This document shows, one piece after another, positions 5,534 through 15,277 of a stretch of 45,453 nucleotides of DNA; positions within the stretch are counted from its first letter, which is position 1; each line of letters begins with the position of its first letter. The stretch covers positions 1 through 45,453 of IMG/VR virus record IMGVR_UViG_3300031555_001699. The stretch is one strand, 5' to 3'. This DNA comes from a virus. The position numbers and the translations under genes were made by a program. The notes under the pieces were generated by a model, which worked only from the letters and a program-made list of their open reading frames with translations, had not been told where the DNA came from and did not search any database.

Positions 5534-7551
5534 TGAAAGGAAACGAGATGGCACTGCCTGAGAATTTTGAGAATGTGATGCCCGACACGGCAGCGGCGCT
5601 GGCGAGGATGCCAGGCGCGCAGAAGCCATTGAGCGGGAAGAGTGGACCGCAGCCGCTGACTGCAGAGGAGCAGCAACTTGTAAGCGAGGCTTACAGGTTC
5701 CTGAAGATCTTCCGGGACGGCTGCAGGGAGTACCACGAGAAGATCAAGGACAACCGCGAGATTGTGCGGATGAAAGACCCGTATCAGGACACGGGCAAGA
5801 AGCAGGAAGGCGAGCCGAAGATGCTGCAGCTGCAGACGTTGAAGAGCACGTTCAACAACTGCGTTGCGGACCAGCTGGACAACATGCCGGAAGCGAACTT
5901 GTTGCCTGAGCGCCCGGGGCTGGAAGAAGTAGCAGAGGACATGAGTGACGTGGTTCGCTTCGTGTTCAACCAGAACGGCTATGAGCAGCTGCACCGCCGC
6001 AGGGTCGAAGACTACTTCATCGGCACATCGCTGACGCAGGTTGTCTGGGACGAGGACATGGACGGCGGCAAGGGCAACGTAGCGATCGACAGATGGCCGA
6101 TCGAGAGTTTCCTTTGGGACCCGCAGGAGCCTGACATCCAGAACGCCAGAGCGCTGATCAAGGTAACGTGGCATCCGCGCAGCTGGTTCGCAGCGCACTA
6201 CCCCGAGCAGGCGCCGTACATCGGCAGCGACGAGGGCGAGCATGACTCGGTAGGCCTGAACGAAGCACTGCAGACGCTGGCGGGCGACGAGGACCGTGCG
6301 ATGCTGATGGAATACTGGTATCGCCGGTACGACGCGAAGAAGCGGAGATACACGATCAACGTGGCATTCTTTGCCGGCGGCGCACTGCTGGAGAACAAGA
6401 CGAACGTGTATAACCACGGCATGTACCCGTTCGTAATGGAGCCGTTCAACTACATCGAGGGTCAGCCGGTAGGCGACGGCCTGATCGACCAGCTGGCACC
6501 GATGATGCGGTACGTGAACAGGTACGCGCACTACATTGATGAGAACACCCGGATGGCGGCGAAGAACAGGCTGCTGGTTCGCAGGAACGCGCAGCTGGAC
6601 ATGAACGCGCTGGTTGATTTCGACCAGAACATCATCGAGGGCAACAGCATTGATGATGAGAACGTGCGTTGGTTCCAGAGTAAGCCCCTGAACGGCATGG
6701 TAACGCAGCAGATGCTGCAGTTCCAGACGGACATCAAGCAGGACAGCGGCCAGAGCCAGTGGACGCGCGGCGAGACTGCCGGCGGCGTAACCGCAGCGAG
6801 CGCAATCAGCGCGCTGCAGGAAGCAGGCGGCAAGATCACCCGCGAGCACACGCTGATGCTGAATCAGGGCTTCAAGAAGATAGTCGAGCAGGTGCTGTGG
6901 CTGGTCTGCCAGTTCTACACGAACAGACAGGAGCAGATGATCACCGGCAGAGACGGCAAGAGTCGTGAGGTGCTGATGAGCGCAAGCCACCTGCGTGGCG
7001 ACGACGCTCCGCCGGAAGAGATGCCGCCGGAAGAGCTGCTGATGCAGATAGACCAGATGCTGCCCGGTGCAAGGGAAGGCTCGCTCGGCCTTGGCAGCCG
7101 CATCCGCAATCGTGCAATGGAGAAGGCGAAGAAGCGCAGGAAGAACAGCCTCGCACCGCCGCCGTACACGGTGCAGGTGCAGGTGAGCAGGCGCAATCCG
7201 CTGAGGGTACAGGCCCAGAACGAGCTGTTCATCCAGGCCTACACGATGGCAGCGCAGGCAGGACAGCAGTTCCCGCTGAAGATGCTGTTCGAGCTTCTGA
7301 CCGTAGACGGCAAGGATAGGATCATGCCGGTACTGGAAGAGGTTGACCAGCAGACCCAGATGATTCAGCAGCTGATGCAGGAGAACGCGATGCTGAAGGA
7401 AAGCAACGCGAACATGCAGGGCACGCTGAACGAGTATAACCAGAAGCTGATCGCCGGTGCTGGACAGGCACCGATGCAGCAGCCGCAGATGAGCGCCCAG
7501 GCGCTGGGTGTTGGCGGCAATGAGGCGGCCTTGGTAGGCGGCCCGAAATAG
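5533..7551 (+). CDS. Portal protein (alternative start ATG 5548)
   Basis: 672 aa, immediately after TerL (ATGA-type overlap), size and position typical of portals; Q/M-rich C-terminal tail. Confidence 0.75.
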   Translation: MKGNEMALPENFENVMPDTAAALARMPGAQKPLSGKSGPQPLTAEEQQLVSEAYRFLKIFRDGCREYHEKIKDNREIVRMKDPYQDTGKKQEGEPKMLQLQTLKSTFNNCVADQLDNMPEANLLPERPGLEEVAEDMSDVVRFVFNQNGYEQLHRRRVEDYFIGTSLTQVVWDEDMDGGKGNVAIDRWPIESFLWDPQEPDIQNARALIKVTWHPRSWFAAHYPEQAPYIGSDEGEHDSVGLNEALQTLAGDEDRAMLMEYWYRRYDAKKRRYTINVAFFAGGALLENKTNVYNHGMYPFVMEPFNYIEGQPVGDGLIDQLAPMMRYVNRYAHYIDENTRMAAKNRLLVRRNAQLDMNALVDFDQNIIEGNSIDDENVRWFQSKPLNGMVTQQMLQFQTDIKQDSGQSQWTRGETAGGVTAASAISALQEAGGKITREHTLMLNQGFKKIVEQVLWLVCQFYTNRQEQMITGRDGKSREVLMSASHLRGDDAPPEEMPPEELLMQIDQMLPGAREGSLGLGSRIRNRAMEKAKKRRKNSLAPPPYTVQVQVSRRNPLRVQAQNELFIQAYTMAAQAGQQFPLKMLFELLTVDGKDRIMPVLEEVDQQTQMIQQLMQENAMLKESNANMQGTLNEYNQKLIAGAGQAPMQQPQMSAQALGVGGNEAALVGGPK

Positions 7552-7631
7552 AGGTAATTTGCCGATACCGGCTGATTACATAAACGACATCGCTGCTGGC
7601 CGGCAACGGAGCTGTGGCGAAGGAGGAAAAC

Positions 7632-8420
7632 ATGGATAACAACTACACGGTCGATGATGCAATGATGGAGAGCGTGCTGGACGACGCAGCACCGGCTCCT
7701 GAGACAACTGCAGACGCATTGAGCGAGGCTCTTGGGATCGCAGCGGCGGAACCGGCTGTTGAAGCTGAACAGCAGGACGACAGCGAGCATCTGGAAGAGC
7801 CCCAGGACAAGGGTCTGCGCGGACGGATGAAGCAGTTTGAGCAGCGCGGCTATAAGCGCGGTGCTCAGGAAGCAGAATCCAAATGGGCAGAAGAGCGAAA
7901 GAGCTACCAGGATCGCCTGGCCAAGTACGAGCAGATGGAACTGGAAGCAGAAGCGAAACGCTTTGCCCAGGAGAAGAACATCCCCGAGGAGATCGCACTC
8001 GACTACATGCGCATGAAGAAGGGCATGCCCGCAACGGAGCAGCCCCGCGACAATGCTGGCAGATTCAAGGCGCAGCCGGCTGAGGCAGCAGATACCGCAA
8101 CTCAGACCAGAGCCATGGCACTGATGACCCAGGCGGAAGCGTTCGAGAAGATGACCGACGGCGCCGTGACCAAGGATGCGATTCTGGAGGCATTCCAGAA
8201 CGATACCGAGACCCGGCAGAAGGTTGTGAGTGGTGAATGGGATTTTACGGATGTTGGCCGTAGCCTGAGCGGCAATAGCCAGCAGCGCGCACCGCGAGTA
8301 TCCCGCAGCGCAAGCAACGGCAAGATCGGCGTATCCACCTTCATGAGTATGTCTGAGGACGAGTTCGCGAGCTTCGACGACCGAATTCGACAGGGCGCAG
8401 TATTCGACGCCCGCAGATGA
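7632..8420 (+). CDS. Scaffolding protein candidate
   Basis: ATG 7632 after GAAGGAGG inside ORF 7614-8420; acidic, Ala/Glu/Lys-rich, coiled-coil-like; lies between portal and capsid genes. Confidence 0.6.
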   Translation: MDNNYTVDDAMMESVLDDAAPAPETTADALSEALGIAAAEPAVEAEQQDDSEHLEEPQDKGLRGRMKQFEQRGYKRGAQEAESKWAEERKSYQDRLAKYEQMELEAEAKRFAQEKNIPEEIALDYMRMKKGMPATEQPRDNAGRFKAQPAEAADTATQTRAMALMTQAEAFEKMTDGAVTKDAILEAFQNDTETRQKVVSGEWDFTDVGRSLSGNSQQRAPRVSRSASNGKIGVSTFMSMSEDEFASFDDRIRQGAVFDARR

Positions 8421-8435
8421 AAGGAGTAATGATAT

Positions 8436-9689
8436 ATGCCTAGTGCACCTTCTGCATACATGAATTTCACTTCCAGCGCTGGCCTTGTACCGACTTCCGT
8501 ACAGGAATACCTGTGGCGTAAGTTCGAAGGCCGCGTAATCAATGATCGCATTTGGGATCGCGACATGCAGGTTCGCACCGTGCCGCTGCATAACGGCGAC
8601 CGCGTGAAGTTTAACCGCATGAATCCCTTTGCCATCGACCTGACTCCCCTGAAGCAGGGCGTAACCCCCAATGGCCAGAACATCGTGACCAGCACCTTCA
8701 CTGCAACCGTAAAGCCTTACGGTAAGTGGCTGGAGCTGAACGATGAATGGGATTGGTATACCCTGGATTCCCTGAAACAGGAAACCAGCCTGCGCCTGGG
8801 CGATCAGGCCCGCGACACTCTGGACGCCATTGCCTGCAATGCTCTGAAGGCCGGCCTGAATGTTCAGTATGCTGGCAGCGCAACTTCCCGTGCAACCCTG
8901 ACCAGCGCAAGCGTGCTGACTCTGAACGACGTGAAGAAGGCCGTGCGCACCCTGAAGAAGAACAAGGCTAAGAAGTTTGCCGATGGTTATTACCATGCCA
9001 AGGTAGGCCCTGAAACCGCTTTTGACTTGATGTCTGATACGCTGTTCATCGACGTGAGCAAGTATCAGGACAAGCGCAACATCGAAAAGGGCGAGATCGG
9101 TATCTGGCACGGCGTAAAGTTCTACGAGACCAACGTGCCCATGACCTTCGCAGCTGAAACCTACCTGTATGACAGTGTTGCTTCTGTGGCTATTGCCGGT
9201 TACAACGCTACCAGCAGGGTGCTGACTGTAGCCGCCTCCACGGTGAGCGCCAACAGCAATAGCGAGGACATTGCATACTTCTGCCGCCGCATGGCTGGCA
9301 AGATCATTGCAATCAATGACTCTTCCGCCAGCGCAAAGATCGCAGCTGTGGTTGACCATGCGAAGCTGAACGGCGCCAACATCGAAGTGCATCTGCGCTG
9401 GATCGAGGGTGCTTACACCTTCGGTTCTGGCGACACCATTGTGCCGCCCGCAGCACACGCTTCCCTTAGTGAAGTGCACGGTACCGTAATCTACGGCCAG
9501 GACTATGCCGGCACCGTTTCCCTGGTGGGCGGCAAGAACGTTTCTATGATTGCCAAGGGCCTGGGCTCTTCCGGCACTGAGGACCCGCTGAACCAGCGCG
9601 GCACCCTGGGTTGGAAGATCAAGGGCTACACTGCGACCATTCTGGAGGATGCTTTCATCGTCCGCATTGAGCACGCAGTAAGCGCATAA
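8436..9689 (+). CDS. Major capsid protein (HK97 fold; resembles the N4-gp56-type MCP family from memory)
   Basis: 417 aa; position after scaffold; GDRVKFNRMNPF..LTPLKQGVTPNG..TATVKPYGKWLEL pattern; followed by a strong hairpin. Confidence 0.85.
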   Translation: MPSAPSAYMNFTSSAGLVPTSVQEYLWRKFEGRVINDRIWDRDMQVRTVPLHNGDRVKFNRMNPFAIDLTPLKQGVTPNGQNIVTSTFTATVKPYGKWLELNDEWDWYTLDSLKQETSLRLGDQARDTLDAIACNALKAGLNVQYAGSATSRATLTSASVLTLNDVKKAVRTLKKNKAKKFADGYYHAKVGPETAFDLMSDTLFIDVSKYQDKRNIEKGEIGIWHGVKFYETNVPMTFAAETYLYDSVASVAIAGYNATSRVLTVAASTVSANSNSEDIAYFCRRMAGKIIAINDSSASAKIAAVVDHAKLNGANIEVHLRWIEGAYTFGSGDTIVPPAAHASLSEVHGTVIYGQDYAGTVSLVGGKNVSMIAKGLGSSGTEDPLNQRGTLGWKIKGYTATILEDAFIVRIEHAVSA

Positions 9690-9694
9690 CCCGC

Positions 9695-9720
9695 GAGGGC
9701 GGTGGTTCGCCACCGCCCTC
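9695..9720 (+). terminator. Strong hairpin after the capsid gene (partial terminator / mRNA stabiliser)
   Basis: 11-bp stem GAGGGCGGTGG / CCACCGCCCTC with TTCG loop; followed by TATATAAATA (A/U-rich, not a clean U tract). Confidence 0.55.
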
Positions 9721-9753
9721 TATATAAATAAGTAGAAAATAGGAGGTATTCCC

Positions 9754-9963
9754 ATGAGCGAAACCAAGGCAAAGCAGGAAAAGACCCTGATTCCGATTTA
9801 TCTGCCGCTGCTGCCCGAGGAGGATGGCGTGACTGAGGTTGACCAGCGTGTGGTGGTGACCCTGAATGGCGTGAACAAGATTCTGCCGCGCGGCCAGATG
9901 ATCGAAGTGACCCCCGAGGAATACGAAGTGCTGTACAATTCCGGCCGTTTTGACCGGCTGTAA
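9754..9963 (+). CDS. Hypothetical 69-aa head-module protein
   Basis: ORF track; SD AGGAGG 7 nt upstream. Confidence 0.65.
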   Translation: MSETKAKQEKTLIPIYLPLLPEEDGVTEVDQRVVVTLNGVNKILPRGQMIEVTPEEYEVLYNSGRFDRL

Positions 9964-9981
9964 CGACTGAGGTGAGATCGT

Positions 9982-10365
9982 ATGACGTTGGGTGAGATCA
10001 AAGAGCAGGTGATGTTCCAGACCAACAACGATGTGGAAGACCTTGCGGATTATGAGCCGCACCTGACGGACTACATCAATGAAGGTTACGACATCCTTGT
10101 GATGAACTATACCGACCAGCACGTATCCAATGACTCGGCTGAGTACCCGGCGCTGTCTGAGCTGACTGATGTGCCGAATCTGCCTGAGTATACGCACCGC
10201 GGCCTTGTGGACTACGCTACCTACCTGGTGTACAGGAACGGTAACTCCGTGAAGCAGAACCGCGGCATGGCATTCTATTCGGCATTCATGGATATCACTG
10301 CCAAGCTGAAGTACGAGCGAGTGGGCGCTGGCGAAAAACAGTTTAGGAACCTATTTACCCGATAA
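9982..10365 (+). CDS. Head-tail adaptor/connector candidate (gp6-like)
   Basis: 127 aa; N-terminal MTLGEIKEQV...DVEDLADYEPHLTDYINEGY resembles head-tail connector N-termini; position after MCP. Confidence 0.45.
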   Translation: MTLGEIKEQVMFQTNNDVEDLADYEPHLTDYINEGYDILVMNYTDQHVSNDSAEYPALSELTDVPNLPEYTHRGLVDYATYLVYRNGNSVKQNRGMAFYSAFMDITAKLKYERVGAGEKQFRNLFTR

Positions 10366-10378
10366 GGAGGCGATTTGA

Positions 10379-11935
10379 ATGGCGATATCGAGCAATAGCT
10401 ATGAGACGACCGTGCAGATTGACTCCTTTTCTGGGTTTAACCAGAGTGCAGGTGACCGGGGGATGGCACTGCGGTACGCGGTAGATGGTGAGAACTTCAG
10501 CACTACCGGCGGCCTGTTGCGATCTATGGATGGCGGGCAGGTGCACATCCCTGCTGCGCTTCCGGCGCCCATCGGCACGCTGATGCTGCTGTATAGACGC
10601 TTCAGGGACAGTGGCATCGGCTATTTCCACGATGAGCCTGAGATACTGATTGCCGTTGCCGGCACGAAGATATACGCCAGGCCGCTGAACGAGAAGGCGG
10701 AGCTGTTTGATGAGTGGCATGAGATATACGACGGTGTCACAAACGACGTATTCGATTATGTGACTTATGAAACGAGCACATACTGGACGCTGAACGGCGA
10801 GCGCGTAGATCCGAAGACTGAAGGTGCTGTGGAAGTGACAGCCGCTAACCCGATTGATGTGCTGATTATGAGCAATGCTGATGACGGCATGTTTATCGTG
10901 TATGGCGATTCTCTGGACGTGACCCCGTACAAGGTGCAGCCGAGTACCACGGATGTGGAAAAGAAGTTCGGCGTGCTGACCCGGCATGCTGAACGTATCT
11001 GGGGCGCTGCTATCCCCGACCAGCCGGACATGCTGATGTATTCGACTCCGTTTGAACCGTTGAACTGGGAGCAAAACAACGATTACCCCGAGGACGGCGC
11101 AGGCGATATTCAGCAGCCGAGCTGGGACGGCGACAGCTTTGTGGCCCTTCGGACCTACGGCAGTTATCTTTTGGCGATCAAAAAGAACAGGGTTTGGCGC
11201 GTAAGCGGCACGAACCCCGGCGAGTATTACTTCAAGGAACAGTTTGGCGGCGGCACGATCGTAGAGAACACGGTTGTGGTGCACAACGACTATATGTTCC
11301 TGCTGTCCTATGATGGCCTGATGATGTATGACGGCACAGCCGTGCAGCAGTTCAGGCAGCAGTACATTCAGGATCTGATGAAGCGCGTGAACTGGGCGTA
11401 TGTTGAAGGCGCGGTCGCTGGGATGCGCGGCTCGGTGTACAGCCTGGCGCTGCCGATCGATGGCAGCACAATCAATAATGCGATTCTGGAATACGACACC
11501 GTGGAAGGTACTTTCAATCTGCGCGTTGGCGTGTATGCCAGTAGTTTCCTCGTGTATGAGAATGTACTGTATTACACGGATTCCAGACCGAGCGAGGATG
11601 GCGCACTGGTCGGCAAGGTGATGAAGTTGGACGGCAGCGGCGCTGCACTGCCGATGCGCTATGTGAGTGCATACCAGGACCTTGGATATAAGTCCGTAAC
11701 GAAGAGCGGATTCGAGGTTTACCTGCTAGCCGACAGTGACATGACTATCACGGTCGGCATCCGCACGGAAAAGAAGCTGAAGACCCGCACGGTTGCATTG
11801 GTTGCCGGCAAGGCGAAGAGGGTAAGGTTGAACGTTGCCGGCAGGAGCTTCAGGCTTGAGCTGAGTGTTGATGCTGGAGAAGCGTGGAAATTGCCCAGCG
11901 GCATCCAGATCAACATGGAGCTGGACTCTGATTAA
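10379..11935 (+). CDS. Structural (tail/nozzle-type) protein, 518 aa
   Basis: ORF track; SD AAGGAGG; position in virion module; beta-rich repetitive sequence. Confidence 0.6.
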   Translation: MAISSNSYETTVQIDSFSGFNQSAGDRGMALRYAVDGENFSTTGGLLRSMDGGQVHIPAALPAPIGTLMLLYRRFRDSGIGYFHDEPEILIAVAGTKIYARPLNEKAELFDEWHEIYDGVTNDVFDYVTYETSTYWTLNGERVDPKTEGAVEVTAANPIDVLIMSNADDGMFIVYGDSLDVTPYKVQPSTTDVEKKFGVLTRHAERIWGAAIPDQPDMLMYSTPFEPLNWEQNNDYPEDGAGDIQQPSWDGDSFVALRTYGSYLLAIKKNRVWRVSGTNPGEYYFKEQFGGGTIVENTVVVHNDYMFLLSYDGLMMYDGTAVQQFRQQYIQDLMKRVNWAYVEGAVAGMRGSVYSLALPIDGSTINNAILEYDTVEGTFNLRVGVYASSFLVYENVLYYTDSRPSEDGALVGKVMKLDGSGAALPMRYVSAYQDLGYKSVTKSGFEVYLLADSDMTITVGIRTEKKLKTRTVALVAGKAKRVRLNVAGRSFRLELSVDAGEAWKLPSGIQINMELDSD

Positions 11936-11947
11936 GGGGGAGCGTGG

Positions 11948-14014
11948 ATGGCAAATAGTGTATACCAGTATGAGCAGCCGCGCTGCCCTGACAAATGGAA
12001 TGAATCTGAACGCCGGTTTTATAACCGGCTAATTCAGGTACTGGATGATATCTATTCGAAGTATGGCCGCATAGACGAGAAGATGCTGTCGAAAAAGGTA
12101 ATTACCAAGATCGACAACAGTGCGATCACGACTTTGGAGAATATCGCTGCGAACATCATCACTGCACAGAAGATTGTGGCTGATACGATCGAGGCCACAT
12201 ATGCGCATGTAATGTCGCTTACGGCAAAGTACGGTAGTTTTGACTTTGCAACGGTAAAGAACCTCATTTCGGATGCTTTGGTGGTTGAGAAGGGCCAGGG
12301 CGATTACGTACACATCACCAACTTTGCAGCGACATATGCGCAGATGGTGAACGCGACCATTGCGAACCTGTGTATAAAGTCGAGCGATGGCGGGTATTAC
12401 GAGCTGGACGTGAACGAGCAGGGTCAGGTTACCACCAGGCTGGTGGCTGTATCTGATGAGGAGCTTTTGGCTGGCGCTACGATGTCCGGCAAGCCGATTG
12501 TTGGCACGAATATTTCCGCTGAGACGCTTGATGCGGATACGATAGCCGCATCTCTGGGTCTGTATAACCAGATTACGGCGAACCTGATCAATGTAGATTC
12601 GCTGGTGGCCAGGGAAGCATTTATCAATGCGCTTACCAGCTCCAAGGCATTCATTGATAATCTGTTCGTATCGGACTCTGCGTTCATTGAAACGCTGGTT
12701 ACCAGTAAGATTCTGGGCGGCAACAGTCTGGAGATCGTCGCTGGCAAGGTGGAGGAAGCGGCCAGAGTATTCCGCATGGAAGAATTTCCCGGACCGACGG
12801 TTGTGGTGGAAGCGGATGATCTGTTGGTAAAGCCCAGTACCGGGCAGCAGTATCAGGCGGTAAAAACCGGCGATATCAGCTTTGCTCTGGATGCAGACGG
12901 CAACCTCTATTACAGCTATGACGGCAGCGGCAGCCTGAGTATGCAGGGTTTTGACCTGTATGCGGACGGTTTTGCACTGCCTGTGGATGAAAGCGGCGAA
13001 GTGGGCGGCGCTCCTTATGAATGGGTGCTGGTTGAGGATCTGATGCTGCGTGAAGCCATTGCGGCGCAGGCTGCTGAGATGGCGGAAGCTGTGCTGGCGC
13101 TGAACAGGGATATTGCCAACATTCAGGATCAGATTGATGGCAACATTACCACATGGTTTGAAGCCTATGTGCCTACAAACAGCAATTACCCCGCCAATGA
13201 ATGGATTACGGATGATCTGAAGAACCAGCATCTGGGCGATCTGTTCTATGTGGAAAATGATGCCCTTGAGGAAAATGGCTATTGCTACCGCTGGCAGCAG
13301 ACAAATGGCGTATACGGCTGGGTACTGCTGGAGGACAGCGGCGTAGCCAAGGCGCTGGCGGCTGCGGCTGCTGCGCAGGATACTGCGGACAGCAAGCGCC
13401 GGGTGTTCTTTGCAACGCCCGTGCCGCCCTATGATGCAGGCGATCTCTGGGTGCAGGGCAGCGGTGGCGATATTATGCGCTGTGCCACGGCGAAGGCGTC
13501 CGGGCAGAGCTATGCAGCAAGCGACTGGGTGAAGGCTTCCAAATATACGGATGATACCATCGCAAATGAGGCGCTGAACAAAGCTATCTACGACAGCGCC
13601 ACGCCGCCGGAAACGGCTCCTGCGGCCGGCAAGCTGTGGCTGGACAGAAGCGTGGTACCCCCGGTGCTGCGCCGTTGGCTGGGTTTGAGCCTGCTGCCCG
13701 ATGATCTGGACGGCTGGGAAACGGTGAACGACACCGCCACCATTGAAGCGGCGCAGGCAGCGCTGGACGCACAGCAGAAGCAGAGCGAAACGGCGATTAA
13801 GGAATTGCAGACGGTTGTGCGCATCGATACCCAGGGTGTACACGTAGGCAAGGCGGGCAACGACAACAGCGAAGTGCTGATCGAAAACGACCGCATCCGC
13901 ATCGTGGTGCGCGGCAAGGCTTATGCAGCCTATGCAGGCGATTACATGATTCTGGGCGGCGATATGGAACTGCGCAGGCCCGCTTCGGGCGGACTTGCCA
14001 TTGGCCCGGTGTAA
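11948..14014 (+). CDS. Tail fibre/spike-like protein, 688 aa
   Basis: ORF track; N-terminal alpha-helical repeats, GDLWVQGSGGDIMRC segment common in phage fibre proteins. Confidence 0.6.
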   Translation: MANSVYQYEQPRCPDKWNESERRFYNRLIQVLDDIYSKYGRIDEKMLSKKVITKIDNSAITTLENIAANIITAQKIVADTIEATYAHVMSLTAKYGSFDFATVKNLISDALVVEKGQGDYVHITNFAATYAQMVNATIANLCIKSSDGGYYELDVNEQGQVTTRLVAVSDEELLAGATMSGKPIVGTNISAETLDADTIAASLGLYNQITANLINVDSLVAREAFINALTSSKAFIDNLFVSDSAFIETLVTSKILGGNSLEIVAGKVEEAARVFRMEEFPGPTVVVEADDLLVKPSTGQQYQAVKTGDISFALDADGNLYYSYDGSGSLSMQGFDLYADGFALPVDESGEVGGAPYEWVLVEDLMLREAIAAQAAEMAEAVLALNRDIANIQDQIDGNITTWFEAYVPTNSNYPANEWITDDLKNQHLGDLFYVENDALEENGYCYRWQQTNGVYGWVLLEDSGVAKALAAAAAAQDTADSKRRVFFATPVPPYDAGDLWVQGSGGDIMRCATAKASGQSYAASDWVKASKYTDDTIANEALNKAIYDSATPPETAPAAGKLWLDRSVVPPVLRRWLGLSLLPDDLDGWETVNDTATIEAAQAALDAQQKQSETAIKELQTVVRIDTQGVHVGKAGNDNSEVLIENDRIRIVVRGKAYAAYAGDYMILGGDMELRRPASGGLAIGPV

Positions 14015-14026
14015 AGGAGGGATGAC

Positions 14027-15265
14027 ATGGCAACGCAATACACAAGAATCTATACCTTCACCGGGCAGCGCAACAACAGGGGGCGCAGAGATGTAGCGTG
14101 GACGAAGTTCGCCGTGAGCGGCGATACCACCCACGCCATGCGCCAGATTGTTGCCATCACATACGAGCATTACCACACTTCAACTTCGACTCCCACATGG
14201 ACGCTGAAGGGCAGGCTGGTGCTCAGCGACGGCAGTTATATCGATTCCAACACCCAGAGCCACAAGTTCAGTTCGGACGTTTACAAGTACACCAATACCT
14301 TTTCCACCCTGCCCACGGCGGAGCAGTTTGCGAAGATCACGGCGGTGCAAACCATTGCCAACGATACGGCGGAATCCACCAGTACCGGCGGCGGTGATCT
14401 TTACTGGAGGGCCACGGCGGCGGAGCCGATGAAGGTGATCGTTACCTTCCTTGAGGAACCGCCCACCCATTACGGCCCGGGCGTGGATACTTTTGAACTC
14501 ACCCGTGTGGATGCAAACGGCGCAGCCAGTAACGAGGGCGTGTACCTGCGCATGGATGTGAAGCTTTCCCTGCTGGATGCATCCAACAAGGCAAACAGCA
14601 CCGTGCGCATCTATTACAGCGCTGAAAACAACATTGACACGGAAACCTCACCGTATTTCGTGCCAAACCTGACAATCGATCAGATGCTTGCAGGTATATA
14701 CGGCAATACCCAGGCAGTGCCGCTGACCTTCTCTAACGGCAGCAAATGGTACTTCGCACTGGTGTTCAGCTGTGGCGGCGAAACGGCGGTGGACAGTGTG
14801 ACCATAGGTCGTGCATTCGCTGCGCTGCACATATCTCCGTGCAGCACCGGCGGCGTGGCTGTGGGCGGCTTCAGCACTTCTGCGGAGGGGAATCCGAAGT
14901 TTGAAGTGTATCCGCCTGCATACTTTTACGGCGGCATTGCGCAGATCGGTGACGGCGGCAAAAATGCACAGCAGCAGCTGGGCATCCAGAGCGGCAGCGT
15001 GGCAGGCAGCGAAATCAATTCTGGTGTGGTTGCGGAATACAGCGTTGTGTTCGAAAAGCCGTACAGCGCTGCGCCCTTCGTGGTGATCGGCGATATGATT
15101 TCGGGCACGGATTCGGAATTGAAATCGTATTATGCAGGCCGTGTGGGCTGCAAGCTGATTTCGGTGAGCGCCACGGGATTTAAGGCTGCGGCCTATAACT
15201 TCGTGGGCAACACCTATAGAATCAACCTGGGCTTCAACTGGGCCGCATTCGGAACTTTGGCATAA
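14027..15265 (+). CDS. Receptor-binding protein candidate with C-terminal H-type-lectin-like domain
   Basis: C-terminus VVFEKPYSAAPFVVIGDMISG...KLISVSATGFKAAAYNF...NLGFNWAAFG resembles the H-type lectin pattern (F..PF..PP.V.....V...GF......W.A.G). Confidence 0.5.
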   Translation: MATQYTRIYTFTGQRNNRGRRDVAWTKFAVSGDTTHAMRQIVAITYEHYHTSTSTPTWTLKGRLVLSDGSYIDSNTQSHKFSSDVYKYTNTFSTLPTAEQFAKITAVQTIANDTAESTSTGGGDLYWRATAAEPMKVIVTFLEEPPTHYGPGVDTFELTRVDANGAASNEGVYLRMDVKLSLLDASNKANSTVRIYYSAENNIDTETSPYFVPNLTIDQMLAGIYGNTQAVPLTFSNGSKWYFALVFSCGGETAVDSVTIGRAFAALHISPCSTGGVAVGGFSTSAEGNPKFEVYPPAYFYGGIAQIGDGGKNAQQQLGIQSGSVAGSEINSGVVAEYSVVFEKPYSAAPFVVIGDMISGTDSELKSYYAGRVGCKLISVSATGFKAAAYNFVGNTYRINLGFNWAAFGTLA

Positions 15266-15277
15266 GGAGAGGATAAT

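Noticed and set aside
7365-9713. Very long antisense ORFs opposite real genes: 7365-9713, 5437-6990, 12029-14176, 16397-18097, 19228-21879, 21973-23718, 24910-27762, 10355-11284, 14648-15925
   Set aside because: They mirror well-supported genes on the other strand. Their translations are Arg/Ala/His/Leu/Val-rich and low in complexity, and they lack SD sites. They are the expected stop-poor shadow frames of GC-rich coding DNA.
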